Shown here: piece after piece, positions 28,130-37,470 of the stretch | Layout: each line of letters begins with the position of its first letter | Numbering within the stretch: the stretch's first letter is position 1 | Assembly (NCBI GenBank): GCA_045627605.1 | Contig: JAZQOA010000018.1 | Location: forward strand, 1 to 57,159 | DNA length: 57,159 nt | Source: Kiritimatiellia bacterium | GTDB taxonomy: Bacteria; Verrucomicrobiota; Kiritimatiellia; RFP12; JAAYLN01 | Direction: 5' to 3' | Program-made: the position numbers and the translations under genes | The notes under the pieces: model-generated | Databases searched by the model: none | What the model saw: the letters and a program-made list of their open reading frames with translations, nothing else | What the model was told of the DNA's origin: nothing

Positions 28130-29698
28130 CTAAGCCTGCCGGGAGACGATCAGGTTGCTCGCCGTCATCTCCTCGGGAATCTCGACGCCGAGAAGCGCGA
28201 GGGCCGTCGGGGCGATGTCGCAGAGCTTGCCTTCGGGCGCAAGCACGGTGCCGGGCGCGTCCTTCGCGACGTAGATGAGCTCGACCTCGTTGAGGGTGTG
28301 GCTCGTCTTGACCATGCCGGTCTTGTAGTCGACCATCTGCTCGGAGTTGCCGTGGTCGGCGGTGATGAGAATCTCGGCGTCAAGTTCGAGAAGACGGTCG
28401 ACGACCTTGCCGACGCACTCGTCGACGATTTCAATGGCCTTGACGGCGGACTCCATCACGCCGGTGTGGCCGACCATGTCGCCGTTGGCGAAGTTGACGA
28501 CGATGAAGGAGTACGGGTTGTCCTCGAGGCGGCGGAGAAGTTCGTCCGTGACGTTGTAGGCGTCCATCTCGGGATGCGTCGCGAAGGTCGCCGGGTCAAA
28601 GCGGCTCGGGACGTCCACCTGGTCCTCGCCCTTGTAGGGGACGGTTGACTTGCCGTTGAAGAAGCTCGTGACATGGCGGAACTTCTGCGTCTCGGCGATG
28701 CGGAGCTGGCGGAACCCGGCGTCGGAGACCACCTCGCCCAGCAACTTGTCCATGCCGCCGCCCGCGCCCATGGCGCCGAGGAGGTAGTCCTCGAACTCGG
28801 CCCACTAGCGGGTGAAGCCAAGCTAGGAGACCGCCGGGCGACGCGCGCGCTTCCCGGGGTAGTCGGCCGAGACAAAGGCCTGCGTCAACTGGATGGCGCG
28901 GTCCTGGCGGTAGTTGGTGTGCATCACGCAGTCGCCATCCTTGATGCCGTCGTAGCCGGCGATCGCGTAGCACGGGATGTACTCGTCGTACATGTCCTGC
29001 CCGTCGGGGGTCTTGTCGCCGGCGTAGGAGGCTTTGACAGCCTCGACGGCTGATGCCGCCTTGCGACCGGTCGCGTCGACCAGGCAGGAGAAGGCCTCGT
29101 CGGTCAGCTCGTACTTCTTGGAACGGTCCATCGCGTAGTAGCGGCCCATCACCGTGCCAATGGAGCAGTTGCCAACCGCCGCCATCTCGTTCTCAAGGCG
29201 GGCGATGTATTCAAGCGTGCTGCGGGGCGGCGTGTCGCGTCCGTCAAGGAAGGGGTGGACGACGATTTTGCCGGCCGCGAACTCGGCGCGGGCGCGCTTC
29301 ATAAGTTTGAAAAGGTGCTCCTGGTGGGCGTGGACGCCCTCGTCCTGCAGGAGGCCGAAGAAATGGAAGGTGGAGTTGTTCTTCTTCCAGTCCGCCACGA
29401 GTTTCTTCCACTTGGGCGATTCGAAAAGCTCGCCGGAGGTCAGGCCGTCGTCGATGCGCTTGAGCTCCTGGATGACCACGCGGCCCGCCCCCATGTTGAG
29501 GTGGCCGACCTCGCTCGAGCCCTGGTAGCCGTCGGGAAGGCCCACGGCCTCGCCGCTGCATTGGAGACGGGTCCAGGGGTAGCGGGATTTGTAACGGTCG
29601 ATATTCGGCGTCTTCGCCTCGAAAACGGCATTGCCGTCGGCGCGGGGATTGAGCCCCCAGCCGTCGCGAATGATGATGGCGACAGGTTTCCTGACCAT
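28130..29698 (-). pseudogene. gpmI: 2,3-bisphosphoglycerate-independent phosphoglycerate mutase, interrupted by two in-frame TAG codons
   Basis: IRDGWG, GSSEVGH, DGRDTPP, MGRYYAMDR, AETQKF.HVT, NFANGDMVGH and TADHGN. The two ORFs share one frame and are separated by TAGs at 28823-28825 and 28805-28807. Confidence 0.9.
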
Positions 29699-29777
29699 GA
29701 TTTTTCTCCTTGTTGATTGCCTAAAAGTGTGACGTCTATTTTACCATAATTGAAAAGCAGGGAACAGAGGACTTCAC

Positions 29778-30588
29778 GTGGAACATCCCCAATTTTCAAT
29801 GTGAAGTAAGCGTTAAAAGAATCCAGGAATGGATTTTGTCGTATAACCACAAGTGAAAACGACAAAAAAGTGGCTTTTCCGGTCCCGACGGACATCCAGA
29901 AGGACTACGCGAGGAGGATGCCGTACCCGGCGAAGGTGTGGGACGGGAGCCTCGGCCGCGTCGGGGACAACCTGGGCTACGCGGGCTGCGCGGCGGTCGC
30001 GTGCGAACTGGACCGGCGGGAGATCGTCCCGCCGCTCCTCCGGCTGTGGTCACCCGGCTGGTCGGGAACCGCGGCGTCGGCTTCCGGCGTAAGCTCCGGC
30101 TCGCGGAGGACGTGGCGCGGAAATGCCGGATGCGCTACGCCGAGACGGTCGAGTACGACAGCGCGGAGGAAGGCGTGAAAAAGGGAGAGGGCGCCGAGGG
30201 ACGACCCCGAACCGAGGCAGATGGAACTCGCTTTCAATTGGAAAAAACAGGCCCCACCCTCACTCCCTGAAAAACACCCCGGAAAAAATGGGGATATTCC
30301 ACGAAACTTGAACTATGTATTTGTCAAAGGGCGCCCTCTCCGAGTGCAAGTGCAACCTTGCGCTCGGCGAAGTGCAGCCTTGCGCTCGGCGAAGTGCAAC
30401 CTTGCACTCGAGGCAGCCCATGGAGGGGTTTTCCGCGGCGGATGGGGCGGGCAAAAAAAGTTCAGAAAATCCTGAACAATTCGATGAAGTCGATGCGTAC
30501 GCGCGTACCTCATTATATGCTTTCGCTTGGAAAAACCCGCCCGCAGCCTCTCTCCCAGGCCCCCCCGGAAAAACTGGGGATATTCCAC
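29778..30588. mobile_element. Non-autonomous IS derivative / MITE-like element with 19-bp terminal inverted repeats and 10-bp target-site duplication
   Basis: Left end GTGGAACATCCCCAATTTT (29778-29796) matches the right end AAAACTGGGGATATTCCAC (30570-30588) at 17/19. The direct repeat AGGACTTCAC lies at 29768-29777 and 30589-30598. An extra right-end copy sits at 30284-30302. Confidence 0.85.
30341..30410. repeat. 22-bp tandem repeat (~3 copies) enclosed by a 10-bp inverted repeat
   Basis: AAGTGCA(A/G)CCTTGCGCTCGGCG starts at 30348, 30370 and 30392 (the last is partial). CGAGTGCAAG (30341-30350) pairs with CTTGCACTCG (30401-30410). Confidence 0.88.
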
Positions 30589-30601
30589 AGGACTTCACGC
30601 C

Positions 30602-30630
30602 TTGTTTTTTTTCCGGGCGTGTAGTATAAT
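30602..30630 (+). promoter_or_regulatory. Sigma70 promoter of the tRNA operon
   Basis: TTGTTT-17 nt-TATAAT, 14 nt before the first tRNA. Confidence 0.7.
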
Positions 30631-30644
30631 ATTTTCTCGTTGTT

Positions 30645-30721
30645 GCGCCACTAGCTCAATTGGATAGAGCATCTGACTACGGATCAGAAGGTTGCAGGTT
30701 CAACTCCTGCGTGGCGCGCCA
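30645..30721 (+). tRNA. tRNA-Arg(ACG)
   Basis: Acceptor stem GCGCCAC/GTGGCGC, anticodon arm TCTGA-CTACGGA-TCAGA, GTTCAA T-loop and encoded CCA. Confidence 0.96.
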
Positions 30722-30730
30722 ATTTTCCGA

Positions 30731-30807
30731 TGCGGGGTGGAGCAGCCAGGCAGCTCGTCAGGCCCATAACCTGAAGGTCATAGGTTCAAATCCTATCCCC
30801 GCTACCA
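30731..30807 (+). tRNA. Initiator tRNA-fMet(CAT)
   Basis: The 5' end TGCGGGGTGGAGCAG is typical of initiator tRNAs. It has a 1:72 mismatch (T.T), anticodon arm TCAGG-CCCATAA-CCTGA and a CCA end. Confidence 0.92.
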
Positions 30808-30810
30808 TTT

Positions 30811-30887
30811 GCGCCTGTAGCTCAATTGGACAGAGCGTTAGCCTCCGGAGCTGAAGGTTGTGGGTTCGATCCCCGCCAGGCGCACCA
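30811..30887 (+). tRNA. tRNA-Arg(CCG)
   Basis: Acceptor stem GCGCCTG/CAGGCGC, anticodon arm TTAGC-CTCCGGA-GCTGA, GTTCGA T-loop and CCA. Confidence 0.95.
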
Positions 30888-30918
30888 TTCGCAAAACATT
30901 TCAATTTCGTGTTTTGTA

Positions 30919-33634
30919 ATGAAGAAACTGATGATGGCGATGGCGGGCGCGGTGCTGGCGTCCGGGGCGTTCGGCGAAAGCGCCGAACTGCCCGAGGGGT
31001 ATTTTCAAGTCGAGTACATCGAGTCGAGCGGCGGCGCGTACATCGACACGGGCTACCACCCGAAGCTCACGACCCGCATCGTGGCGGACTTCAATCCGCT
31101 TGAGACAGAATCCTGGGGGTCGTTCTTCGGCTTGACGGCAGATGACGAATCCCTAAACGGCATCCTGATGCGCTACTATGGTGCAGAAGACAAGCTCAAC
31201 GGCTGGTTCTGCAATGAGAACTACCATGAGGCGCAGATCGGCGGCGTGGCGAACAATCGCACCCAGGTGGAGCTGAAGGCGGGCGGGATGACGGTCGGCG
31301 GCTCGTCTGCGGAGATCACGACGACGGGAACGCCTTACGACGGGTCGATCTACATCTTCTCCGTCAACTGCAACAGCCGAGGGGGGGCCTTATCGGTCTC
31401 ATGCGATGCGGCTTTATTCCTTCACGATCTACGACACCGTTGGCGACGGAAGCGAGAGGAAGCTGCGCGACTTCGTGCCGTGCGTCCGCAAGAGCGATTT
31501 TGCGGTCGGTCTATACGATCTCGCGGCGAGCGATCCCGGCGATGCCTTTTACGCGAATGCGGGCAACGGCAAGTTCGTCGTTCCCGAAGGCACGTTCTGC
31601 ACCGTTACGGTAGGGCCGCTCAAGAACATGACCGCCGCGTACACGTTCGGCGACGGGTCGGTGACGAATGATGTCGAGGGAACGACCTTCGAGGTGCTGC
31701 CCGGTACGAAGAATCTGACGGTCGTCTTCACGGCGGCGGATGGCTGTCGGTTTGCGGACGATTCGACCGTGAAGACCGTGACACGGGACGAGGCAACGGG
31801 TGACCTCGACCTGACGGCTGAAACGCCTGTCGCACATAGAGTTCAGCCGACGGCGACCATCACCAAGATCACCAACCGCTATCCGTGGAACGGCAAGATC
31901 GACGTCGAATACGAATTGTCGTATCTTGAATTGGCGTTTAGTCCGATTGGCGCGATCGTCACAAAGTTCACATCGGGAGATATTGAGGTGACGAAAACCA
32001 ATGATTTGTCCGATGCGGAGCTGGCGGCGAGGACGGCTCGGCGCACATTCGACTGCCGCGAACTGTTCGGTGAAGGCAAGCGGGATGCGGAGGCCCAGTC
32101 GTCGGCAACATTGGTAATGCCCGACTACGCCGTGATCGATGTCTCGGGCGGCGCGAACGCGACTTCCTATCCTGTCACCTACCACAAGTCAGCGCCGGAG
32201 GGCGGCTGGAATACAGATGAGTACAAGACGAGCAAGATTGTTCTATATTATGTCAAGGCGGGTACGTACAAGGGCAACCAATGCAAAGACCAAACCACGA
32301 TGGGGTTCTGGATCGGCGTGTTCCCGGTTACTGAGGCACAATACGCGAATGTGATGGGAGGAAGCGTTAGTACGACGCAGCCCAAGACGATTGTTTCCTA
32401 CACGACCTTGCGCGGGACGGACAACTCCAGCGCGACGGTGGCGGGCGAATCCTTCCTTAAGCGACTTTGCGACAGGACGGGGTTAAACGGCTTTGACCTT
32501 CCGACCGAATCGCAGTGGGAGATCGCCTGTCGTGCCGGGACGACATCTGACAATTACTGGGGCGATGACCAAAGTGAGGCAGATAAGTACATGTGGAATT
32601 CTGGCAACTCCAGCAGCCGCCTCCAAGAGGTTGGACAAAAACTCCCGAACGCATGGGGGCTTTACGACATGATGGGCAATGTATGGGAATGGTGCCGAGA
32701 CGGCTATCATTCGCCGTTTACGGTGGATTTGTCTGCCGATGTCTGCATAGAGCCGTCGGCCGGCTACTATCACGACTATCGTTTTCTGCGTGGTTGTTCG
32801 TTCAGCAGCAGCAGCATGTCTAGCGTCAAATCGTCGGCCCGCAAAGTCGACGCCGCAGGCAACTGCAGCAGTGATTGGGGCTTCCGCCTCTCCTGGATGA
32901 GTTCGAATGAGAGTGCTGCTCTGTCCGTAGGCCCATCCTTTTCGTTTGACACGCGAGCGGAAAAGACGATTGCCGGAACGGAAACGGAAACGCTCACTTA
33001 TTCCGGCGATGACTGGGGTGCGGGCGGAACGGGCGTCACGGTTTGGTATTCGCTTGACGGAGGCGAGACGATTGAACTGAAGACGGCGACGGACAGCGGC
33101 ACCGTTTCGTGGACGCCGACGCTGAACGGGCGGTATGAGTTCGGCCACGTCGTAACGGACGGTACCACCGAGACGGCGGTCTTGGTCGTGAACGGACTTC
33201 CCGGCGGCGAGGCCAATCCCTGGGAGATCGGCGAAGGCGTGACGGCGTATGTCAAGGATCACGTTCTCTATCTGAAGGGCGAGGGGAAGGTTGATGAGTT
33301 CGCGGACGGAGCGCCGTGGGCGGGGTATGACGATTTGCTGACGGGCATCGGCCCGTTGTCCCGCGCAATCACCCTTCCCGCGTCGGTGCTGGCGACCCTG
33401 CCGATTTCGGTCGAGGGCGGGGCGGAGCCGTCCGGGGCGATCAGCGGCGCGGAGTTCGAACGCATCGAGATCGTTGACGGCAAGGCGTATCTTGACGTAA
33501 GCGTCTACACGAATTCCGAGTTGAAGGCCAAAGGTGAAGGTGGAGGCTGGTCGGTGGCGACGAATGGCGTCATCGAAGTTCCCGCGCCAGGCAAGAGCGG
33601 GTTCTTCTTCCTCAAGACAAAGGGAGCCAAGTGA
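30919..33634 (+). pseudogene. Secreted multidomain protein with a formylglycine-generating-enzyme (FGE/SUMF1)-like domain; +1 frameshift near a G7 run at 31381-31387
   Basis: Signal peptide MKKLMMAMAGAVLASGAFG and LPEGY..VEYIES.G..YIDTGY. It continues in the next frame as MRLYSF...FVPC, followed by LPTESQWEIACRAG, PNAWGLYDMMGNVWEWC and GFRL. Confidence 0.8.
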
Positions 33635-33690
33635 ATCTTCCCCGGGTCGACTAAAATTTGCCAGGCGAATGCACTTTCATGAGGTTTGAA

Positions 33691-34455
33691 ATGGCGCAGT
33701 TGGATTTGCAGGAAAACAAGACTTTCATTTGCACGATGATCGGCTGGGAAGACCCCGGGCAAACGATCGAGGAAGGCCGCAGGGCCGTGGCGGACGGGAC
33801 GGACGGCCTGATCATCGGGCTTGAGAGAATCCGGCCGGAATTCCGCAACGCGGAGGCGATCGGCACAATTGCCCGCGCCTTTTCCGTTCCCTGCATGCTC
33901 CACTTCTACCGAAAGGACAGCTGGAGCAAGGATCTTCCCGGCGACGAAACCATTGCGCAGACGCTTCTTGCCGCCGCCGACGCCGGCATCGCCATGGTCG
34001 ATGTCATGGGCGACCTTTTCGACCCGTCGCCCGACGAGCGCACGAAAGACCCCGCCGCCATCACCCGGCAACGCAAGCTTGTCGACGCCCTCCACGCGCA
34101 TGGCGCCCAAGTCGTCATGTCGTCGCACCCGTTGCGCCCGATGACCGGCGACGAAATTTCCGCCCAACTCACGGCCTTCGAGGAGCGCGGCGCCGATGTC
34201 GTGAAAATCGTCACGCTGATCGACACCGAAGAGCAATTCCTCGACGCCGTTGCGACAACCCTCAGGCTCCGCCGCGAAATCAAGAAGCCCTTCATCTTCA
34301 TCGCCGGCGGGAAATACGGCTACGCCCACCGGATCGCGGGGCTTGAACTCGGCGTCGCCATCTCCTTCACGGTCATCGACCGCGAAGGCTGGCGCAAGGG
34401 CATCAGGGCCAATCCCCTCACCCGCACGATGCGCACCGTCCGCGACCACTCGTAG
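33691..34455 (+). CDS. Type I 3-dehydroquinate dehydratase-like TIM-barrel protein
   Basis: VVMSSH and GADVVKIV (Schiff-base Lys context). The start is uncertain (33679 or 33691). Confidence 0.65.
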   Translation: MAQLDLQENKTFICTMIGWEDPGQTIEEGRRAVADGTDGLIIGLERIRPEFRNAEAIGTIARAFSVPCMLHFYRKDSWSKDLPGDETIAQTLLAAADAGIAMVDVMGDLFDPSPDERTKDPAAITRQRKLVDALHAHGAQVVMSSHPLRPMTGDEISAQLTAFEERGADVVKIVTLIDTEEQFLDAVATTLRLRREIKKPFIFIAGGKYGYAHRIAGLELGVAISFTVIDREGWRKGIRANPLTRTMRTVRDHS

Positions 34456-34584
34456 CAGGCGAATTGGCCACCGGTCGGGAGTGCCAGAGGCACCGTGGGT
34501 GGTTGCGAAATCAGCGGGGAAAGAGTCTCCCGCAGATGACGCAGATTTCATGGCGAATTGAGAATTGAGCGATTACGAGGGAAG

Positions 34585-34657
34585 GACAAGAGACAAGAGA
34601 CATGAGACATGAACCGAGACAAAGAGACCTCTCGTGTCTCGCGTCTCATATCTCGCG
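34585..34657. repeat. Heptamer repeats (GAGACAW) followed by inverted copies (YRTCTCR), forming an imperfect hairpin
   Basis: gagacaa gagacat gagacat..gagacaa gagac, then tgtctcg cgtctca tatctcg. Confidence 0.8.
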
Positions 34658-34660
34658 ACC

Positions 34661-34762
34661 TCACCTTTCCCCCAGTTTTTCCGTGATTTCCGCCAGCACG
34701 CGGTCGATTTTGGCATTGAGGGAAGCGCGCTGCTCTTCATAGCGCCGGACAAGGTCCAGCAA
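34661..34762 (-). pseudogene. Probable C-terminal remnant of a type I restriction-modification HsdM
   Basis: Minus-strand LLDLVRRYEEQRASLNAKIDRVLAEITEKLGER* resembles the terminal coiled coil of HsdM proteins. An in-frame stop lies immediately upstream. Confidence 0.45.
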
Positions 34763-34873
34763 TCATCCCATGCGACAAGGCGAATGCCCCGTCATGCGAC
34801 GCGGTTGCATTCACCTTGCCTCCCCTCCCAATCGCCTGGATGTCGCAACCGACAATCGATTGGCTCGTGGTTG

Positions 34874-34882
34874 TGGTATAAT
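34874..34882 (+). promoter_or_regulatory. Extended -10 element (TGGTATAAT)
   Basis: 26 nt upstream of the rhamnosidase ATG, followed by the purine-rich RBS AGAAGGGA. Confidence 0.55.
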
Positions 34883-34908
34883 AACCTTAATTAACAGAAG
34901 GGACAAAC

Positions 34909-37470
34909 ATGGACAAGTCTGGATTTTCATCAGCCGCGTTGGCCGAATGCGAAGCGAAGAGCGTTTTTGCCAAGCGCGTCGAGGCGCTTCCCGACAAGGC
35001 CTGGGAATGCAGCGAATGGATTTCGCTCGCCGCAGCGCCCGTCACAAGCGAACATGACTGCTGGAACACGCAACGCGCCGCCGACGGCACCGCCTATTTC
35101 CTGAGACGGTTCGCCAACCCCTCCGCCATCGTCAAGGCCGTCTGGATGACAAGCGGCCTCGGCACCTACGAAATCTATGTCAACGGCAGGCGCATCGGCA
35201 ACGACGTCCTCAAGCCCGGCTTCACGCATGTCCTCAAGACCCGCCGCTGCTTCACCTACGACATCACGGATGTCATCGCCAGGGAACAGGGCGCGGCCAA
35301 CAGTTTCGCCGCCGAGGTCTCCGCCGGCTGGTGGCGCGACAAGATCGTCAACTTCACGGGCCGGAAGAGCGCCTTCCGCGGCGTCATCGAATTCACCTTT
35401 GCGGATGGCTCCAGGCAACTTCTTGGCACGAAGGCGGACGAATGGCTCGGTCTCGGCTGCGGCCCCGTGACCCACGCCGCCATCTTCGACGGCGAGGAAT
35501 ACGACGCCCGCATCGCCAGTCCCGCCGGGAATCCCGGGGCCTACGCCAACGCCGCCCCCGCGGGTTGCGTCCGCAACGACGAATTCAAGGGCGAAATTCT
35601 CCCGACCGCCGGAGCCGAAATCTGCCGCCGCCACGACCTCGCGATGAAGCCTGCCGAAGCCTACTGCTGGCAGGGCGTCGAGGGCGCCGACCCCGAAAAG
35701 GAAATCTTCGGCAAAGTCGTCAGGACGCGCACCTTCGCCCAGGGCGAGCGCCCCATTCTCAAGGCGGGCGAAACGCTCGTCGTCGATTTTGGCCAGAATT
35801 GCGCCGGCGTGCCGTGTTTCCGCTTCAAGGCCGCGCCTTGCACGGTTGTCACGACGCGTCCCGGGGAAATGCTCAACGACATGAACGGCGAACGCAGCCG
35901 CGGCAACGACGGCCCCGCCGGTTCGCTTTACCGCGAAAACCTCCGCATCCCCGAAACGGGCATGCGCGCAACCTACACCTTCGCGGACGCCCCCGGCTGG
36001 TCGTCGTACATGCCGCGCTTCACCTTCTTCGGCTACCGCTACTTCTCCATTACGGCGACTTCCGACGTCGAGTTCGACGAAATCCTCAGCGTCCCCGTGA
36101 CATCGATCGCCAAGGAACTCGAACTCGGCCGCATCGAGACAGGCGTCGCGGACGTGAACCGCCTCATCTCCAACGTGTACTGGGGGCAGCTCTCCAACTA
36201 CCTCTCCGTGACGACAGACTGCCCGCAGCGCAACGAGCGCCTGGGCTGGACCGCCGACACGCAGGTCTTCACCGAGGCGGGCACCTTCAACGCCGACACC
36301 TCCGCCTTCTTCCACAAGTGGATGCGCGACATGCGCGACAACCAGCACGAAAAAGGCGGCTTCCCCGGCGTCGCCCCCTTCGGGCAGTACGGCAACGAAC
36401 CCATGCGCCTCGGCTGGGCCGACGCGGGGGTCGTCGTGCCGTTCCAAATCTGGAAGCAGTTTGGCGACACCGCGATCATCGACGAGAACTGGGACGCCAT
36501 GGCGAAATACGTCGCGCATGTCAACGAGACAAAATACGACATGGCCGCCGTCGCCGGCGAAAACGGCAACTACCAGTGGGCGGACTGGCTCAGCTACGAG
36601 GATCTCGAAAGCTGCAGCGGCCAGGCCTTCACGACGGTCGACGGCAAATGGCAGCCCAAGCCCGACGCCATCACGTACTGGAACTACCTCGGCGCATGCT
36701 ACTGGATGTGGGACGCCGACATGATGCGGATGATGGCCGAAGCCACGGGCCGCGACGCCTCGCCCTACGCAAAGATGCGCGACGACGCCAGGGCCTACCT
36801 GCGGGACGCCTTCTTCAAGACGGCCGACGGCCTCATCCTCGAGCGTTTCCGCGGCATGCAGACGCCCGCGCTCTTCGCACTGAAGCTCGGTCTCGTCGAG
36901 GGCGAAGCCAAGTCGGCGACGGCCGAGGCGCTCCGCAAGAACATCGCCGACCACGGCGACTGCCTGCAGACGGGCTTCCTCGGCGCATCGATCATCATGG
37001 ACGTGCTGACGGAAAACGGCCTGGCGGACGTCGCCTACACGCTCCTCCTCCAGCACAAGAACCCGAGCTGGCTCTACTCGGTTGACCAAGGCGCGACGAC
37101 AATCTGGGAGCGGTGGAACTCCTACCGCAAGGACTCGGGCTTCGGTCCCGTCGGGATGAACAGCTTCAACCACTACGCCTACGGCTCGGTTCTCGCCTGG
37201 ATCTACAAGAGCGCAGCGGGCATCGCCGCCGACCCCGCCAAGCCCGGCTTCGCCAACATCGTCATGGCGCCAAAGCCCGACAAGCGCCTCGGCTTCGTCA
37301 AGGCCGAATACAAGACCCGCCACGGCCTTGTCAAGAGCGCCTGGCGCTACGAGGGCGGCAAGTGGCTCTGGGACTTCACCATCCCGGCGGGCGCGACGGC
37401 GTCCGTGACGCCCCCCGGCGCGTCAACCGCGACCGCATACGCCGCAGGCGACTACCATGTCGAACTGTAG
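34909..37470 (+). CDS. Alpha-L-rhamnosidase (GH78)
   Basis: VDFGQN, FTFFGYRY, TDCPQRNERLGWTAD, WADW, GATTIWERWN and SFNHYAYG. Confidence 0.95.
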   Translation: MDKSGFSSAALAECEAKSVFAKRVEALPDKAWECSEWISLAAAPVTSEHDCWNTQRAADGTAYFLRRFANPSAIVKAVWMTSGLGTYEIYVNGRRIGNDVLKPGFTHVLKTRRCFTYDITDVIAREQGAANSFAAEVSAGWWRDKIVNFTGRKSAFRGVIEFTFADGSRQLLGTKADEWLGLGCGPVTHAAIFDGEEYDARIASPAGNPGAYANAAPAGCVRNDEFKGEILPTAGAEICRRHDLAMKPAEAYCWQGVEGADPEKEIFGKVVRTRTFAQGERPILKAGETLVVDFGQNCAGVPCFRFKAAPCTVVTTRPGEMLNDMNGERSRGNDGPAGSLYRENLRIPETGMRATYTFADAPGWSSYMPRFTFFGYRYFSITATSDVEFDEILSVPVTSIAKELELGRIETGVADVNRLISNVYWGQLSNYLSVTTDCPQRNERLGWTADTQVFTEAGTFNADTSAFFHKWMRDMRDNQHEKGGFPGVAPFGQYGNEPMRLGWADAGVVVPFQIWKQFGDTAIIDENWDAMAKYVAHVNETKYDMAAVAGENGNYQWADWLSYEDLESCSGQAFTTVDGKWQPKPDAITYWNYLGACYWMWDADMMRMMAEATGRDASPYAKMRDDARAYLRDAFFKTADGLILERFRGMQTPALFALKLGLVEGEAKSATAEALRKNIADHGDCLQTGFLGASIIMDVLTENGLADVAYTLLLQHKNPSWLYSVDQGATTIWERWNSYRKDSGFGPVGMNSFNHYAYGSVLAWIYKSAAGIAADPAKPGFANIVMAPKPDKRLGFVKAEYKTRHGLVKSAWRYEGGKWLWDFTIPAGATASVTPPGASTATAYAAGDYHVEL

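Noticed and set aside
28805-28825. Genome-wide TAG reassignment or pyrrolysine
   Set aside because: TAG terminates many intact genes here (recN, recO, purH, GH78 and others), and no pyl genes or CUA-anticodon tRNA are in the window.
30341-30410. Possible mini-CRISPR
   Set aside because: Head-to-tail 22-bp repeats with no spacers.
30660-30918. ORFs overlapping the tRNA cluster, including the 30826 start of the secreted protein
   Set aside because: They overlap clear tRNA genes; the signal-peptide start at 30919 fits better.
32780-32900. Active diversity-generating retroelement
   Set aside because: No reverse transcriptase or template repeat is visible, and several codons in the putative variable region do not fit an AAY-derived pattern. 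Kept only as a low-interest lead.
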